From the NCBI GenBank assembly GCA_965221595.1, contig OZ244900.1:2243317-2307316 (forward strand): a stretch of DNA of 64,000 nucleotides. Reading direction: 5' to 3'. Made by a program: the position numbers and the translations under genes. Positions 1-9,008 of this stretch are shown piece by piece (the stretch's first letter is position 1; each line of letters starts with the position of its first letter). The notes below the pieces were generated by a model. That model ran no database searches, was not told the DNA's origin, and saw nothing but the letters and a program-made list of their open reading frames with translations. Source of the stretch: Vicinamibacterales bacterium (GTDB taxonomy: Bacteria; Acidobacteriota; Vicinamibacteria; Vicinamibacterales; UBA8438).

Positions 1-217
1 TGAACCACCGGCGCAGATGCGACCCGGCGGCAAGGTAGAACTCCAGCACGAACCGTCGGCGCTGCAGGTGGTACAGCAGCAACCCGTGGGAGATGGCGCA
101 CCAGACCAGCAACGGCAGCACCAGGAAACCGCAGGAGCCGCCGGACGCGAGACGCCACAGGCCGAGGAGCGTCAGCAGCAGGGCGCACGCCAGGAGCGCA
201 CGGAGCAGCCGGTCCAT
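1..217 (-). CDS. Hypothetical membrane protein, 5' part (runs off window start)
   Basis: Manual translation from ATG at 217: MDRLLRALLACALLLTLLGLWRLASGGSCGFLVLPLLVWCAISHGLLLYHLQRRRFVLEFYL...; two hydrophobic segments, open to window edge. Confidence 0.6.
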   Translation of the reverse strand, partial: MDRLLRALLACALLLTLLGLWRLASGGSCGFLVLPLLVWCAISHGLLLYHLQRRRFVLEFYLAAGSHLRRWF

Positions 218-324
218 GTGCCGGATCGGGAGAGCGCTCCCGGGCGTCTGCGACGCAGTACGGCGCAGACGCCCGGGCGGGTCCATTGGGTGCCAGCCGG
301 AGCCGCCAGGCGACGATTGGCGGG

Positions 325-1338
325 CTATCGAGCCGGGAAGCGCGCGATCCGGTCGCCCTCGGCGACCTGGCCGACCCAGATCTCGTCGCCCACCTGAATG
401 GCGACGGTGCCCAGGATGAGCAGATCGTTCGAGCCGTAGTTGACGACCTCGCGGGCGGTCATCTGCCGCGGATCGACCTCCGCCACCCGCGAGCTCACGC
501 CGTCGCAGGCGCCGTCGCGGATGCACTCACGGATGGCCGCGCGCGTCGGACCGATGTGGCCGGCAGCCAGCAGGTTCTCGTCCTTGCCCCAGCGGACGTT
601 GTCGATGTGGAAGCCGACCTCCACGCCCTCCTTGCGGATGGGCGTCAGTCCCCGCGACAGGCGGATCAACGACTGCGCGCCGTAGCCCCCAACGTAGTAC
701 CACTGGCCGTCGCGCGAGATCTCCAGCCCGTTCGGGCCGATGTCCTCGCTGCCCGGCACGAGGCTCCAGCCGGCGCCGGGCTGCCACTGCCAGATGTTGC
801 CCGCAGCCGGGCTCGTCGAGGCGAAGCCGCCCTCGGGCAGCGCGACCACCGAGTTCAGCCCGATGCCCTCGGGCGCCACTGCGCAGCCGATCCACGTGAC
901 CGTCGGCGGCCCGTCACCCGTGTGCAGGTCGAAGACCTCGATCGACTCGCGCGCCCCGTGTCCGACGACGAGCAGCGTGTGGTTGATGCCGTCCGAGTCG
1001 CGCAGGTACAGGCCGTGCGGCCGGAAGTCGCTCGTCAGCGGGCCGGGGCAGTCCGCATAGGTCTCGGTGTCGTGATCGGACTGGCCGGTCGCGGGCGAGT
1101 AGAGGGAGGTCGCGGTGTTGTCCCGGGTGTCGGCCAGGTACAGATCCCCCCCGTCCACCATGCTGGAGACGACCACCCAGGGCGAGTTCGGGATCGGCGC
1201 GAAGTCCTCCGGGCTCACCGGCCCGCACAGGAACTCGACTTCTCCGTCCGGGTCGCAGCCCTGCGCCTGCGGGCCGCTCACCCCCAGCAGCACCAGTGCG
1301 CCCGCCATGAGCATCCCGAGCAGCGTTCGTGTCGTCAT
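325..1338 (-). CDS. Exported paraoxonase/SMP-30/gluconolactonase-like beta-propeller (putative Ca-dependent lactonase/arylesterase)
   Basis: Signal peptide MTTRTLLGMLMAGALVLLG; motifs SPED, PHGL, VVGH..ESIEVF, LNSV, PNGL, IDN in the order of PON/SGL Ca ligands and His dyad; GAAGGGGG RBS before ATG 1338. Confidence 0.75.
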   Translation of the reverse strand: MTTRTLLGMLMAGALVLLGVSGPQAQGCDPDGEVEFLCGPVSPEDFAPIPNSPWVVVSSMVDGGDLYLADTRDNTATSLYSPATGQSDHDTETYADCPGPLTSDFRPHGLYLRDSDGINHTLLVVGHGARESIEVFDLHTGDGPPTVTWIGCAVAPEGIGLNSVVALPEGGFASTSPAAGNIWQWQPGAGWSLVPGSEDIGPNGLEISRDGQWYYVGGYGAQSLIRLSRGLTPIRKEGVEVGFHIDNVRWGKDENLLAAGHIGPTRAAIRECIRDGACDGVSSRVAEVDPRQMTAREVVNYGSNDLLILGTVAIQVGDEIWVGQVAEGDRIARFPAR

Positions 1339-1410
1339 GAGCTGTCCCCCTTCGGAACGGTTGAAGCGTGTGGACATCTTAGCAGCCCCCGCGCGCGCTC
1401 ACGCGCCCCT

Positions 1411-4029
1411 CTAGCGCGGCGGGTAGCCGCCGATCCAGATCGGGCTCGACCAGGCCATGGCACCGTCCACCTGGCGGACCCGGACGTGATAGTAGTCGCC
1501 CTGCCGCGAGTTGTCGCCGTCGGTGTGGCTGAAGCTGACGTCGCGCGGCGCGTTGCGGAGCAGCCGGCGCAGCGTGATGCGGTCGTCCGGATAGTCGTCG
1601 GTCGGCAGCGCTCGCTCGACGCCGCCGGCGTTGAGGGTGAGTCGCAACCGCCGCGCCGGAATCTCGGCCGGTGGCCGGAACCACGGACGGGTCGCGGCCG
1701 TCTCGCGCGTGGCCTCGAGTTCGATCGTGATCGACGCGCTCGGCCGGATACCCGAAAACGTCATCCGCAGCGAGCTGGTATCGCCGCGGGTGTGGGTCGC
1801 GAAGCGGGCGCCGTTGCGCCCCGGTTCGAACTCCACGTGCTGCATCGTCGGGTTCGTGAAGTCCGTGCCGGCGATGCGCTCGAGCACCGCCCCGCGCACG
1901 CCGAGCTGCCCGCGCCAGTGTCGCCAGCCGCGCGGCGCGTCGCCCGGATGCAGCGCCGCCGCACCCGAGCGGAACGAAAGCAGCCACTCCTCCACGTCGG
2001 CCGGCTGCCCCCGGCCGACGCCGTACCGCTCGCTCCAGATTCGCTCCGCGTTTCTCCACAGCACGATCGACTCGATGGGGGCCGTCCCGATCACGCGGCC
2101 CGCGACGGTCCGGCTCTGCGCGTACTCGCCGCGCTGGCCCATCGCCGTGCCGTTCACGCTGACGTCGAGGATGATGCGCTCGCCGGTCGTGGCGTACGTC
2201 CGTCGCGCCTGCAGCGCGTCGAACACCGCGTCGCGCGAAAGCGTCGGCGCCAGCACCGCGCCCAGGCCGCCGCGCTGCCCCGCCCGACCCGCAACCGGGA
2301 TGCCGCGGCCGGGATGCGACCGCGGGTCGTCCGATGCCGCGACCAGCCCCACCTGGTGGCCGCGCGACAGATACTGGCGGGCGAACGGCTCGAAGGTGCC
2401 GCGCATCGACCGGATCTCGACCAGCGACTGGAGCCGCGGGTCGGACTGCCGGGGGTCGCCCGGGTCGTGGGCATGCGGAATGACCAGGACGTCAACCGGG
2501 TCGTAGCGTGCGTGCAGGCCCTGGTACAGCTCGGAGAGGGTCGGGTGCTCCAGCGAGGACACCCGGTCGCCGCCCGCCGCACTGCGCAGCAGCACGCTGT
2601 GCCGCCCCCCGAAGCGGGCGGGCCGCGTCCACTCCCAGCCGAGGTAGGGGACGAAGCGGCCCGGCTCGTCGAAGGCCTGCACCGCGCGCCGGGACGACTC
2701 CCACTCCGCAGCATCCAGCCGAGCATCGTGCGCCGTGTGGCCCACGAAATCGAGCCGCGCGTCGTCGCGGGCGAACGCCATGAAGAAGTCGAGGGCGCCG
2801 CGCCCCTCGGCGTGCCCGGAGCGGCCGTGCGTATCGCCCCAGTAGATGCGGCGGGCCGGACGCGCCTCGACGAGCACGGGGTGCGCGGCGCTGCGGATGG
2901 CGCCGTCGGCGGAACGGACCTCGATCCAGTGTGCTCCGGGCTCGTCCAGGATCAACTCCACGACGCCGAGGGCTTCCGTGCCGGCCGACGTCACGGCCCG
3001 CACATCGCCATCCACGAGGATCTCGAACGCGGGAATGGCGCCGGTCGCGCGGTTGAGGAACGCGTCCTCGGCGCGCACCGACAGCTCGAACGCCTCACCC
3101 GGTTCGACCACGCTGGGCGCAACGGCGTGCACCCCGGCCACATCCGTGCCGCGGACGGCGAACGGCAACAGCGGGAGCGGGCGCCACTCGCCGGACGCGT
3201 CGAGATCGACGTCGAGCGGTAACGGCACCCGCGGGCCGGAGGCGGCGGCCATCAGCAGGCCCGGACCGCCGCCGCGCGTGTCGCCGTAGGTGATGGTCAC
3301 GGCCTCGCCGGCGTCGACCCGGCCCGAGACGACCCGGAAGACGAGTCCCGGCGCCGTCGCGCCGGGCTCGCCTGGCAGCCCCCCGGGTGCGTCCACACGG
3401 GCCTCGAACACGGCGTCGCCGGCGCTGGTCGCGATGGTCACGTAGCCGGCGCCGGCCGGGTCGTCCGCCTGCAACGGACCGTAGTCGACCGCGGCGTGCC
3501 GCGCCACCCGGAAGCCGCCCCCGGTCGTCACCGGGCGCGTGCCGGCCGTCCAGGTCTGGCGCAGGGTCTGGTACGTCCGCGCCTCGAACGGGCCGAGCGA
3601 CTCGGCCCGCAGCGTGCCGAGCGCTCCGGGCTCGTCGTGCAGGGCGAACTGCCGCACCAGCCGGTCGATGGTCGCGCCCGCCTGCAGCGCCTCCGATCCC
3701 GTCGGGGGCCACGTCGCTTGCAGGCGCACTTCCGGTCCCTCGCGGCCGACTTCCCCGCCGGCGCGGGCGTACGCATCCACCCAGTCGGCGAGGATTCGCG
3801 CGCGGGCAGCCACCGTCGTCGCGTCGGTCGGACTCGCCGCGACATCGGCCACGAGCCCCTCGACGGCGGCCCGCTGCCCGGGGGCGAGGTAGTCGTCCGG
3901 CCGGTCCTCGTCCGGCCCGCTGCCGCAGCCCGCCGCGGCGACGGCAAGCAGCAGCAACGGCAGCGCGCAGCGGCGCAGCGCGACCCGCCCAACAGCGGGT
4001 CGCCACCGGCCCGTGGCAACGCGCGCCAT
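1411..4029 (-). CDS. DUF3604-like PHP-fold metallohydrolase-family lipoprotein
   Basis: Lipobox-like LAVAAAGC; YWGDTH, LDFVGH, GWEW, IPHAH, ASDD, ARRTYATTG and C-terminal YYHVRVRQ..AWSSPIW typical of the family; start could be GTG 4035. Confidence 0.75.
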   Translation of the reverse strand: MARVATGRWRPAVGRVALRRCALPLLLLAVAAAGCGSGPDEDRPDDYLAPGQRAAVEGLVADVAASPTDATTVAARARILADWVDAYARAGGEVGREGPEVRLQATWPPTGSEALQAGATIDRLVRQFALHDEPGALGTLRAESLGPFEARTYQTLRQTWTAGTRPVTTGGGFRVARHAAVDYGPLQADDPAGAGYVTIATSAGDAVFEARVDAPGGLPGEPGATAPGLVFRVVSGRVDAGEAVTITYGDTRGGGPGLLMAAASGPRVPLPLDVDLDASGEWRPLPLLPFAVRGTDVAGVHAVAPSVVEPGEAFELSVRAEDAFLNRATGAIPAFEILVDGDVRAVTSAGTEALGVVELILDEPGAHWIEVRSADGAIRSAAHPVLVEARPARRIYWGDTHGRSGHAEGRGALDFFMAFARDDARLDFVGHTAHDARLDAAEWESSRRAVQAFDEPGRFVPYLGWEWTRPARFGGRHSVLLRSAAGGDRVSSLEHPTLSELYQGLHARYDPVDVLVIPHAHDPGDPRQSDPRLQSLVEIRSMRGTFEPFARQYLSRGHQVGLVAASDDPRSHPGRGIPVAGRAGQRGGLGAVLAPTLSRDAVFDALQARRTYATTGERIILDVSVNGTAMGQRGEYAQSRTVAGRVIGTAPIESIVLWRNAERIWSERYGVGRGQPADVEEWLLSFRSGAAALHPGDAPRGWRHWRGQLGVRGAVLERIAGTDFTNPTMQHVEFEPGRNGARFATHTRGDTSSLRMTFSGIRPSASITIELEATRETAATRPWFRPPAEIPARRLRLTLNAGGVERALPTDDYPDDRITLRRLLRNAPRDVSFSHTDGDNSRQGDYYHVRVRQVDGAMAWSSPIWIGGYPPR

Positions 4030-4057
4030 GACCACGGACTGCTGGAAGGCCGCGCTC

Positions 4058-5131
4058 CTAGGCCGGCGGCACGAACGCGAGGAAGCGCCGCGGGTTGTCG
4101 ACGAGGATCTTCCGGATCGTGTCCTCCGGAACGCCCGCGTAGCGCAGCTTCGGCACGAACTGCATCAGTACCGACGCCCAGCCGTGGCCGTAGTAGCGCT
4201 TGAACTGGCGGACGTTGCCCTGGTCGGACGACAGCAGGATGTGGTCCTCCAGGCCGGCGTCGAGCAGGTCCTGCACCATCCGCACCTTGTCGGCCTCGGG
4301 GATGTCGGAGCGGCCCATCTCGTGGCCCAGCGTGTCGAGACCTACGAAGGCGCCGCGCCGCGCAATGGCGGTATGCGTGGCCAGGGGGTCGTGCTCCGGC
4401 TTGATCGTGGCCATGTGGCCGATGACGACGCGCGAGAGGTCGACCCCCATCCCCTCGATGACGTCCATCTGCTCCAGGGCGCAGCTCGGACAGCTTTCGT
4501 GCGGCGTATGCGTGAAGATCGGCAGGCCGGTCCGCAGGTGGGCGCGCGCAATGGCCCGGTGCACCTTACGCTCGTCGGGCCGCATCTCGAGTGACGAGGC
4601 GATCTCGCCGAACGCGCCCCAGCGCTGCGCGGCGGCGTCGGCCACCAGCTCCTCGACCAGCTCGTCCTCCGACATCTCCGCCACGCGCACCGGGTAGATG
4701 GCGAAACCGATGTCCTCGAAGTAGCCGCCGGCCATCACGATGCGTACCTCGCTGCGCGCGGCGATGGCGTTCAGGTGCTCCACCTGCTGCGGCGTGCGCC
4801 GACCGGTGGCCGCGTCGACGATGCAGCCGAGGCCGTCGAAGGCGCAGGCCTGCAGCTCCTCGACCGCGAGGTCGACGTCCGCGCGGCCCACGTGCTCGTG
4901 AAACAGCGTGGCCCCGTCGGCCAGCGCAGCCGGATCCAGGTCGCCCTGCAGGGTGCGGATGACGGCCCCCGCCGCGAACTCGGGCGGGTCCACGCTCGTG
5001 AAGCGCTGCTGCGCGCGCAGCGGCGGCAATCCGAAACCGGAGACGGCGGCCCCGGCCACGGCGGCCGTGCCGAGCAGGCCCAGGGCTTCGCGCCGCGAGT
5101 AGCAACGCTTTCGTGCGGTGGAATCGATCAT
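4058..5131 (-). CDS. Tat-exported phosphotriesterase-family (PTE/PHP-like) metallohydrolase
   Basis: Twin-arginine SRREALG; IRTLQG, TLFHEH, FGEI, IFTHT, VIGH, LLSSD, DNPRRFL motifs; AAAGGA RBS before ATG 5131. Confidence 0.88.
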   Translation of the reverse strand: MIDSTARKRCYSRREALGLLGTAAVAGAAVSGFGLPPLRAQQRFTSVDPPEFAAGAVIRTLQGDLDPAALADGATLFHEHVGRADVDLAVEELQACAFDGLGCIVDAATGRRTPQQVEHLNAIAARSEVRIVMAGGYFEDIGFAIYPVRVAEMSEDELVEELVADAAAQRWGAFGEIASSLEMRPDERKVHRAIARAHLRTGLPIFTHTPHESCPSCALEQMDVIEGMGVDLSRVVIGHMATIKPEHDPLATHTAIARRGAFVGLDTLGHEMGRSDIPEADKVRMVQDLLDAGLEDHILLSSDQGNVRQFKRYYGHGWASVLMQFVPKLRYAGVPEDTIRKILVDNPRRFLAFVPPA

Positions 5132-5300
5132 CGGTGGTCCTTTCGAGTGCGCGCGGGTGTCCCGCGCGTGAGGCATCCTACTACACGCTACAGGGCTCGC
5201 GGCGGCGCCTGGCAACCGGCCCCATCAAGCCGTTTTTCCGGGTAGCGCGTCGGGTGTGGATCTGCGCACGCATCGTTGCCGACCCTGGCGCTCGGCGTCG

Positions 5301-5690
5301 TCATCCCGTGACCAGCGCGTCCAGACGCGCGAGCAGGGCGTCGTAGTCGGCCACCCAGGCCGCGATCGCTGCGGCTGTCTCGTCCGGCAGACCCATGCGT
5401 TCCGCCAGATCGCGGAGATACTGCTCTTCCTCCGCGCTCATTTCATCAGCCAGCGCCAACGTCACCGCGTCCCGGTAGACCAGCACGCGCGTGGCCCAGG
5501 GCAGCGTCGACAGGTCGCGGGGCACGGCGGGAAGGTGGTCGAGATCGACCCCGAAGTGGGCGGCGTGCGCGTCGAGGAGATCCTGCTCGGCCGGATGGAG
5601 CCCATCCACGTGCGCGATCTCGGACAACGTCGCCAGATACAGCGACGGCGACAGGCCGTCGAGCGGATCGCGCAGCGGGTCCATGTTCAC
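5301..5690 (-). CDS. TerB-like small helical protein
   Basis: 129 aa; IAHVDGLHPAEQDLL and LALADEMSAEEEQYLRDLAERMGL are the paired A-DG..E repeats of TerB folds; GTGA overlap with upstream gene. Confidence 0.72.
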   Translation of the reverse strand: MNMDPLRDPLDGLSPSLYLATLSEIAHVDGLHPAEQDLLDAHAAHFGVDLDHLPAVPRDLSTLPWATRVLVYRDAVTLALADEMSAEEEQYLRDLAERMGLPDETAAAIAAWVADYDALLARLDALVTG

Positions 5691-7144
5691 CCCTGGATGA
5701 AGGCGTCGACGTCCCTGGTCGTACGGAGAATGCGCTCCTCGGGCACGCCGACGGCTTCCGCAACCCGGACACTGGCGTCAAGCAGGGTGCGGTTGCACTC
5801 CACATCGAACGCAGTTGCCGCCAGGCGCTCCAGGCTGCCGAACCAGGCGTCCAACCGCTGCACGAGGGCACCGTACTCCGCGTCGAGCTGCGCCCGGGCG
5901 TACCGCTCGTACGCGTCGAGCCGGGCGGTCAGGGCGGACGCCGATTGCCCCAGGCCATCCCTGAGCGCCGACGCGACGATCTGCCCCGCGAGGCTTCCGA
6001 GCAGCGCGCCCAGCAGCGGGATCGGCACCAGCGTCTGGCCGGCGGCGGCCGCCAGTCCCGCGACGGCGGCATCCAGCGCGACGACGTGGGACAGTTCGAC
6101 GAACTGAGCGCCGTCTATCGCGCCGGCACCATAGGGCTGCAGGAGCGCGCCGATGCCCAGGAGCGCGCCGACCAGCGAGCCGGCCGACGGGGCGGCCAGC
6201 GCGGTGGCGTTGGTCAGGCCGTAGACGGCGCTGCCCGCGACGGCGCCGCTGCCGGCACCCATCGCCGCCACGACCCCGACGTCCCGCCAGTCCTGCCTCG
6301 AGAATTCTCCCCGGAAGGGGTTCCTGCCGTCGCGGCATTTGACCCAGATCGCCTGCGCCAGGCCGACGCCGCCGCCGGCCGCGGCGCCGACCGCGGCCGC
6401 CCTGCCCAATCCGGCCCATGTGGGGCCGTGTTCGGCCGCCGCCGCCTGGCGCAGGTCGTCGTCCGCGCGGACGAGTCGGTTTTCGCGGTCCTGAAGGGTG
6501 TCGTGCACCCGCCCCCGCTGCACCTCGGCGTAGCTGGCATCACCCGGCTCGATCAGGTCTTCGGCCGACCGCCCCGTCGCCCGTTCGAGATCGTCGACTC
6601 CACGTTCGACGACGGCGGCGCGCCGGTCGGCCCAACCCGTCACGCTGCCTGTCGCGCGCTGCTCCTCCAGCTGCCGGTACTGGTCACGGGGAATGTGGTA
6701 GCGGCCGCCCGCGCCGACGAAGTCCGGGTTCTTCCCGGCATGGGACGCGACAGCTTCCAGCGTGTTGCGCAAGCCATTGTGGTACTTGGACTGGATGTCG
6801 ATGCCGGCCACCCGGTAGTCCACCGGGCCGGTGCGCAGAACCCCGTCGAACGTCGCCGCCGGCGGCCGGCCGTGGAGCACGTCCAAGGCACGGCTCACAG
6901 CCACATTCACCTGCTCGGCGATCTCGCCGTGTTTGGTGTCCGTGCGGCCGAGGATATTCGCGGGCGATCCCACGAAGTCCCGGACGACCTGCAGTTCCCG
7001 CAGCGCGCCCAGGAATGCCCGGTCCTGCTCCCGCAGCGCGGCGGCAAGCTCGCCTCCGCGCTGCGCGGCGTCCAAGGCGCTCCACGCAGCGGCAACCTGC
7101 GCCGCGACGGGCGCCACGGCGCGAGCGGCGGGAGGCGGCTTCAC
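5687..7144 (-). CDS. Hypothetical protein: N-terminal PD-(D/E)xK-like (QxK) domain + C-terminal glycine-zipper hydrophobic region
   Basis: ~485 aa from GTG 7144 (overlaps upstream TGA); HGEIAEQ...GPVDY...IDIQSKY then long Gly/Ala hydrophobic stretches (GAAAGGGVGL, GQTLVPIPLLGALLGSLAG) and a helical tail. Confidence 0.75.
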   Translation of the reverse strand: MKPPPAARAVAPVAAQVAAAWSALDAAQRGGELAAALREQDRAFLGALRELQVVRDFVGSPANILGRTDTKHGEIAEQVNVAVSRALDVLHGRPPAATFDGVLRTGPVDYRVAGIDIQSKYHNGLRNTLEAVASHAGKNPDFVGAGGRYHIPRDQYRQLEEQRATGSVTGWADRRAAVVERGVDDLERATGRSAEDLIEPGDASYAEVQRGRVHDTLQDRENRLVRADDDLRQAAAAEHGPTWAGLGRAAAVGAAAGGGVGLAQAIWVKCRDGRNPFRGEFSRQDWRDVGVVAAMGAGSGAVAGSAVYGLTNATALAAPSAGSLVGALLGIGALLQPYGAGAIDGAQFVELSHVVALDAAVAGLAAAAGQTLVPIPLLGALLGSLAGQIVASALRDGLGQSASALTARLDAYERYARAQLDAEYGALVQRLDAWFGSLERLAATAFDVECNRTLLDASVRVAEAVGVPEERILRTTRDVDAFIQG

Positions 7145-8109
7145 AATACGGCTTCCTTCCGAATCAGTTCGCTGAGCGAGCCGATGCAATTGATGAGGGC
7201 ACCGAGACGTTCCTTCTGTCCGGCATCGAATTGCCGGTAGTCGCGCGGAGCGCCTTGGCGGAGCCGGTCCAGCAAGGCCAGCGTCCCTTCGGTGTACATC
7301 CGCGTACTCGTCTCGAGCCCCGTAATCTCCCGGTGGGCCACCCGCAGCGCGCGGATCTCTCCTTCGACCTGAACCTGCTGCTGCAACGCCTGCTGCGCGA
7401 CGACACCGTTGCGGTAGTGCAGATAGGCGCCCGAGCCCACGAGCGCGAGACCGCCGATGGTCCACCCGACGGGCCCGGCCAGGGCCAGCAGGGCGTTGCC
7501 GGCCGCCATGCCGCCGCCGCCGGCCGCGAGCGCGCCGCCGCCCAGCCAGGCGAGCGCCGCGTTGGTGGCCGCGGCCCCGGACAGCATGGAGATGGCCGTT
7601 CCCGTCGAGGCCGTACCGAACGTCGTCGCCACCGCCAGGGCCGCGGAGGGGCCGAACGCCGCCAGGCCGACGCCCGCCGCCGCCCCGGCCAAGCCTACGC
7701 CGCTCCCAATCGTGTCGACCTGCGCGGCTTCGCTCTCGATGCGTTGCACCGCGGCATCGAACCGATCGATCGCGATTCGAAACGCGCGCACCGACTTGTC
7801 GAACGCCTTCGGAACGTTCGCCAGTCCGTTCACATACGCCTCGACCGGCGCGATGACCTCGGCGACGACCCGCTGCCGTTGCTCCAACAGTCGCACGCTG
7901 GCCTGTTCGACCTGCTCGCGAAGGGTTTCGTGTTCCGCAATCGAAGCCCGAAGCTTCCCGAGCGCCGCGCTGCGCGCAGACACATTGAAGACGCTGGCCC
8001 CGACCTGCCCGACCGCGTCGCGAACCGCCCGTTTCCGGATGAAGTCGGCACGGTCCGGCTTCACGCCGGCGTCGGTCGCTGCGCGCGCGGTCGCGCTGGG
8101 GTCGGACAC
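7141..8109 (-). CDS. Hypothetical coiled-coil protein with Gly/Ala-rich hydrophobic hairpin (alpha-pore-former-like architecture)
   Basis: 322 aa; amphipathic helices flank ATTFGTASTGTAISMLSGAAATNAALAWLGGGALAAGGGGMAAG...GPVGW; no signal peptide. Confidence 0.8.
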   Translation of the reverse strand: MSDPSATARAATDAGVKPDRADFIRKRAVRDAVGQVGASVFNVSARSAALGKLRASIAEHETLREQVEQASVRLLEQRQRVVAEVIAPVEAYVNGLANVPKAFDKSVRAFRIAIDRFDAAVQRIESEAAQVDTIGSGVGLAGAAAGVGLAAFGPSAALAVATTFGTASTGTAISMLSGAAATNAALAWLGGGALAAGGGGMAAGNALLALAGPVGWTIGGLALVGSGAYLHYRNGVVAQQALQQQVQVEGEIRALRVAHREITGLETSTRMYTEGTLALLDRLRQGAPRDYRQFDAGQKERLGALINCIGSLSELIRKEAVL

Positions 8110-8115
8110 CGCGCC

Positions 8116-8124
8116 ATCGTAGCA
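8116..8124 (-). promoter_or_regulatory. Extended -10 element of a probable leaderless promoter
   Basis: Minus strand TG-C-TACGAT, 6 nt, then GTG start at 8109; no SD; the identical 9-mer precedes ATG 35409. Confidence 0.55.
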
Positions 8125-8160
8125 CGGTGCCCACCTGGCTCCGCCCGGCCCGCGGCGCCG

Positions 8161-8949
8161 TCAAATCCGCCGCGCGATGACCACCCAGACTTCCGCGCCG
8201 GGCGACCACTCCGCGCCGGCGTAGTCACCCAGGACAGCGTCGACGCGGAAGCCGGCGGCCTCGAGGCGCTCGGCCAGCTGCGGCACCGTGACCGTGCGGA
8301 AGGCGAGCGAGAAGCGGTGCACGGTCCGCCCGGAACCGTGCCACTCCTGGAACTCCTGGTCGAAGACCGTCAGGCCGTGCTCGCGCACCTGCCGCACCGA
8401 CTCGATCAACGCAACCCGCCGCTGCCGGCCCAGCGGCCCCCGCAGGACTACGCGGCGGCGATACTCCTGCCACTTCGGCAGCTCCGCCACCAGGTCGATG
8501 CCGAACATCCCGCCGCGCGGCAGCACACCGGCCGCCGCCTCGATCGTCGCGGCCAGGTCCTCGTCGGAAAGCAGCGACTGCAACATGCCGTACGGCGCCA
8601 TGACCAGGCGGCAGCGCCAGCGCCGACGGAACGGCAGGGCGCGGATGTCGCCGCGCACGAGGGACGCCCGGCCGGCCAGGCCCGCCCGCCGCAGCCGCGA
8701 CCGCAGCCGGCGCAGCATCGCCTCCGACCGGTCGATGCCTACGAAGCGGGGCACGACCCGCGCCACGGCCACGGACAGGCGGCCGGTGCCGCAGCCCAGC
8801 TCCAGCACCGGTCCCGCCGCGCGCCGGGCCAGATCGGTCCAGAAGCGGACGTCGCGGCGGCCGATGGTACGCCGGTTCTCCCAGTCGTAGAACGGTGCGT
8901 AGGTGTCCCAGCCCCGCCAGCCGGCGGCGCTGCTGTCGGTAGTTTTCAC
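8161..8949 (-). CDS. Class I SAM-dependent methyltransferase
   Basis: VLELGCGTGR motif I, GIDRS, GDIR; GTG start inferred. Confidence 0.88.
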   Translation of the reverse strand: MKTTDSSAAGWRGWDTYAPFYDWENRRTIGRRDVRFWTDLARRAAGPVLELGCGTGRLSVAVARVVPRFVGIDRSEAMLRRLRSRLRRAGLAGRASLVRGDIRALPFRRRWRCRLVMAPYGMLQSLLSDEDLAATIEAAAGVLPRGGMFGIDLVAELPKWQEYRRRVVLRGPLGRQRRVALIESVRQVREHGLTVFDQEFQEWHGSGRTVHRFSLAFRTVTVPQLAERLEAAGFRVDAVLGDYAGAEWSPGAEVWVVIARRI

Positions 8950-9008
8950 AACCCGTTCCGCCGTGGTAGCCGTAGTATAGGGAAGCGAATTGAAGGGAGG
9001 CTGCCCGC

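Noticed and set aside
286-3222. 978-aa plus-strand ORF
   Set aside because: Antisense shadow of two real minus-strand genes; Arg/Ala/Val-rich with no motifs, typical of high-GC DNA.
7145-8209. N-terminal ~355 aa of the 840-aa ORF 5687..8209 (possible overlapping gene or frameshift fusion)
   Set aside because: Arg/Gly-rich out-of-frame reading of gene 7141..8109; a GTGA coupling at 7141-7144 gives a natural start, and I see no slippery site.
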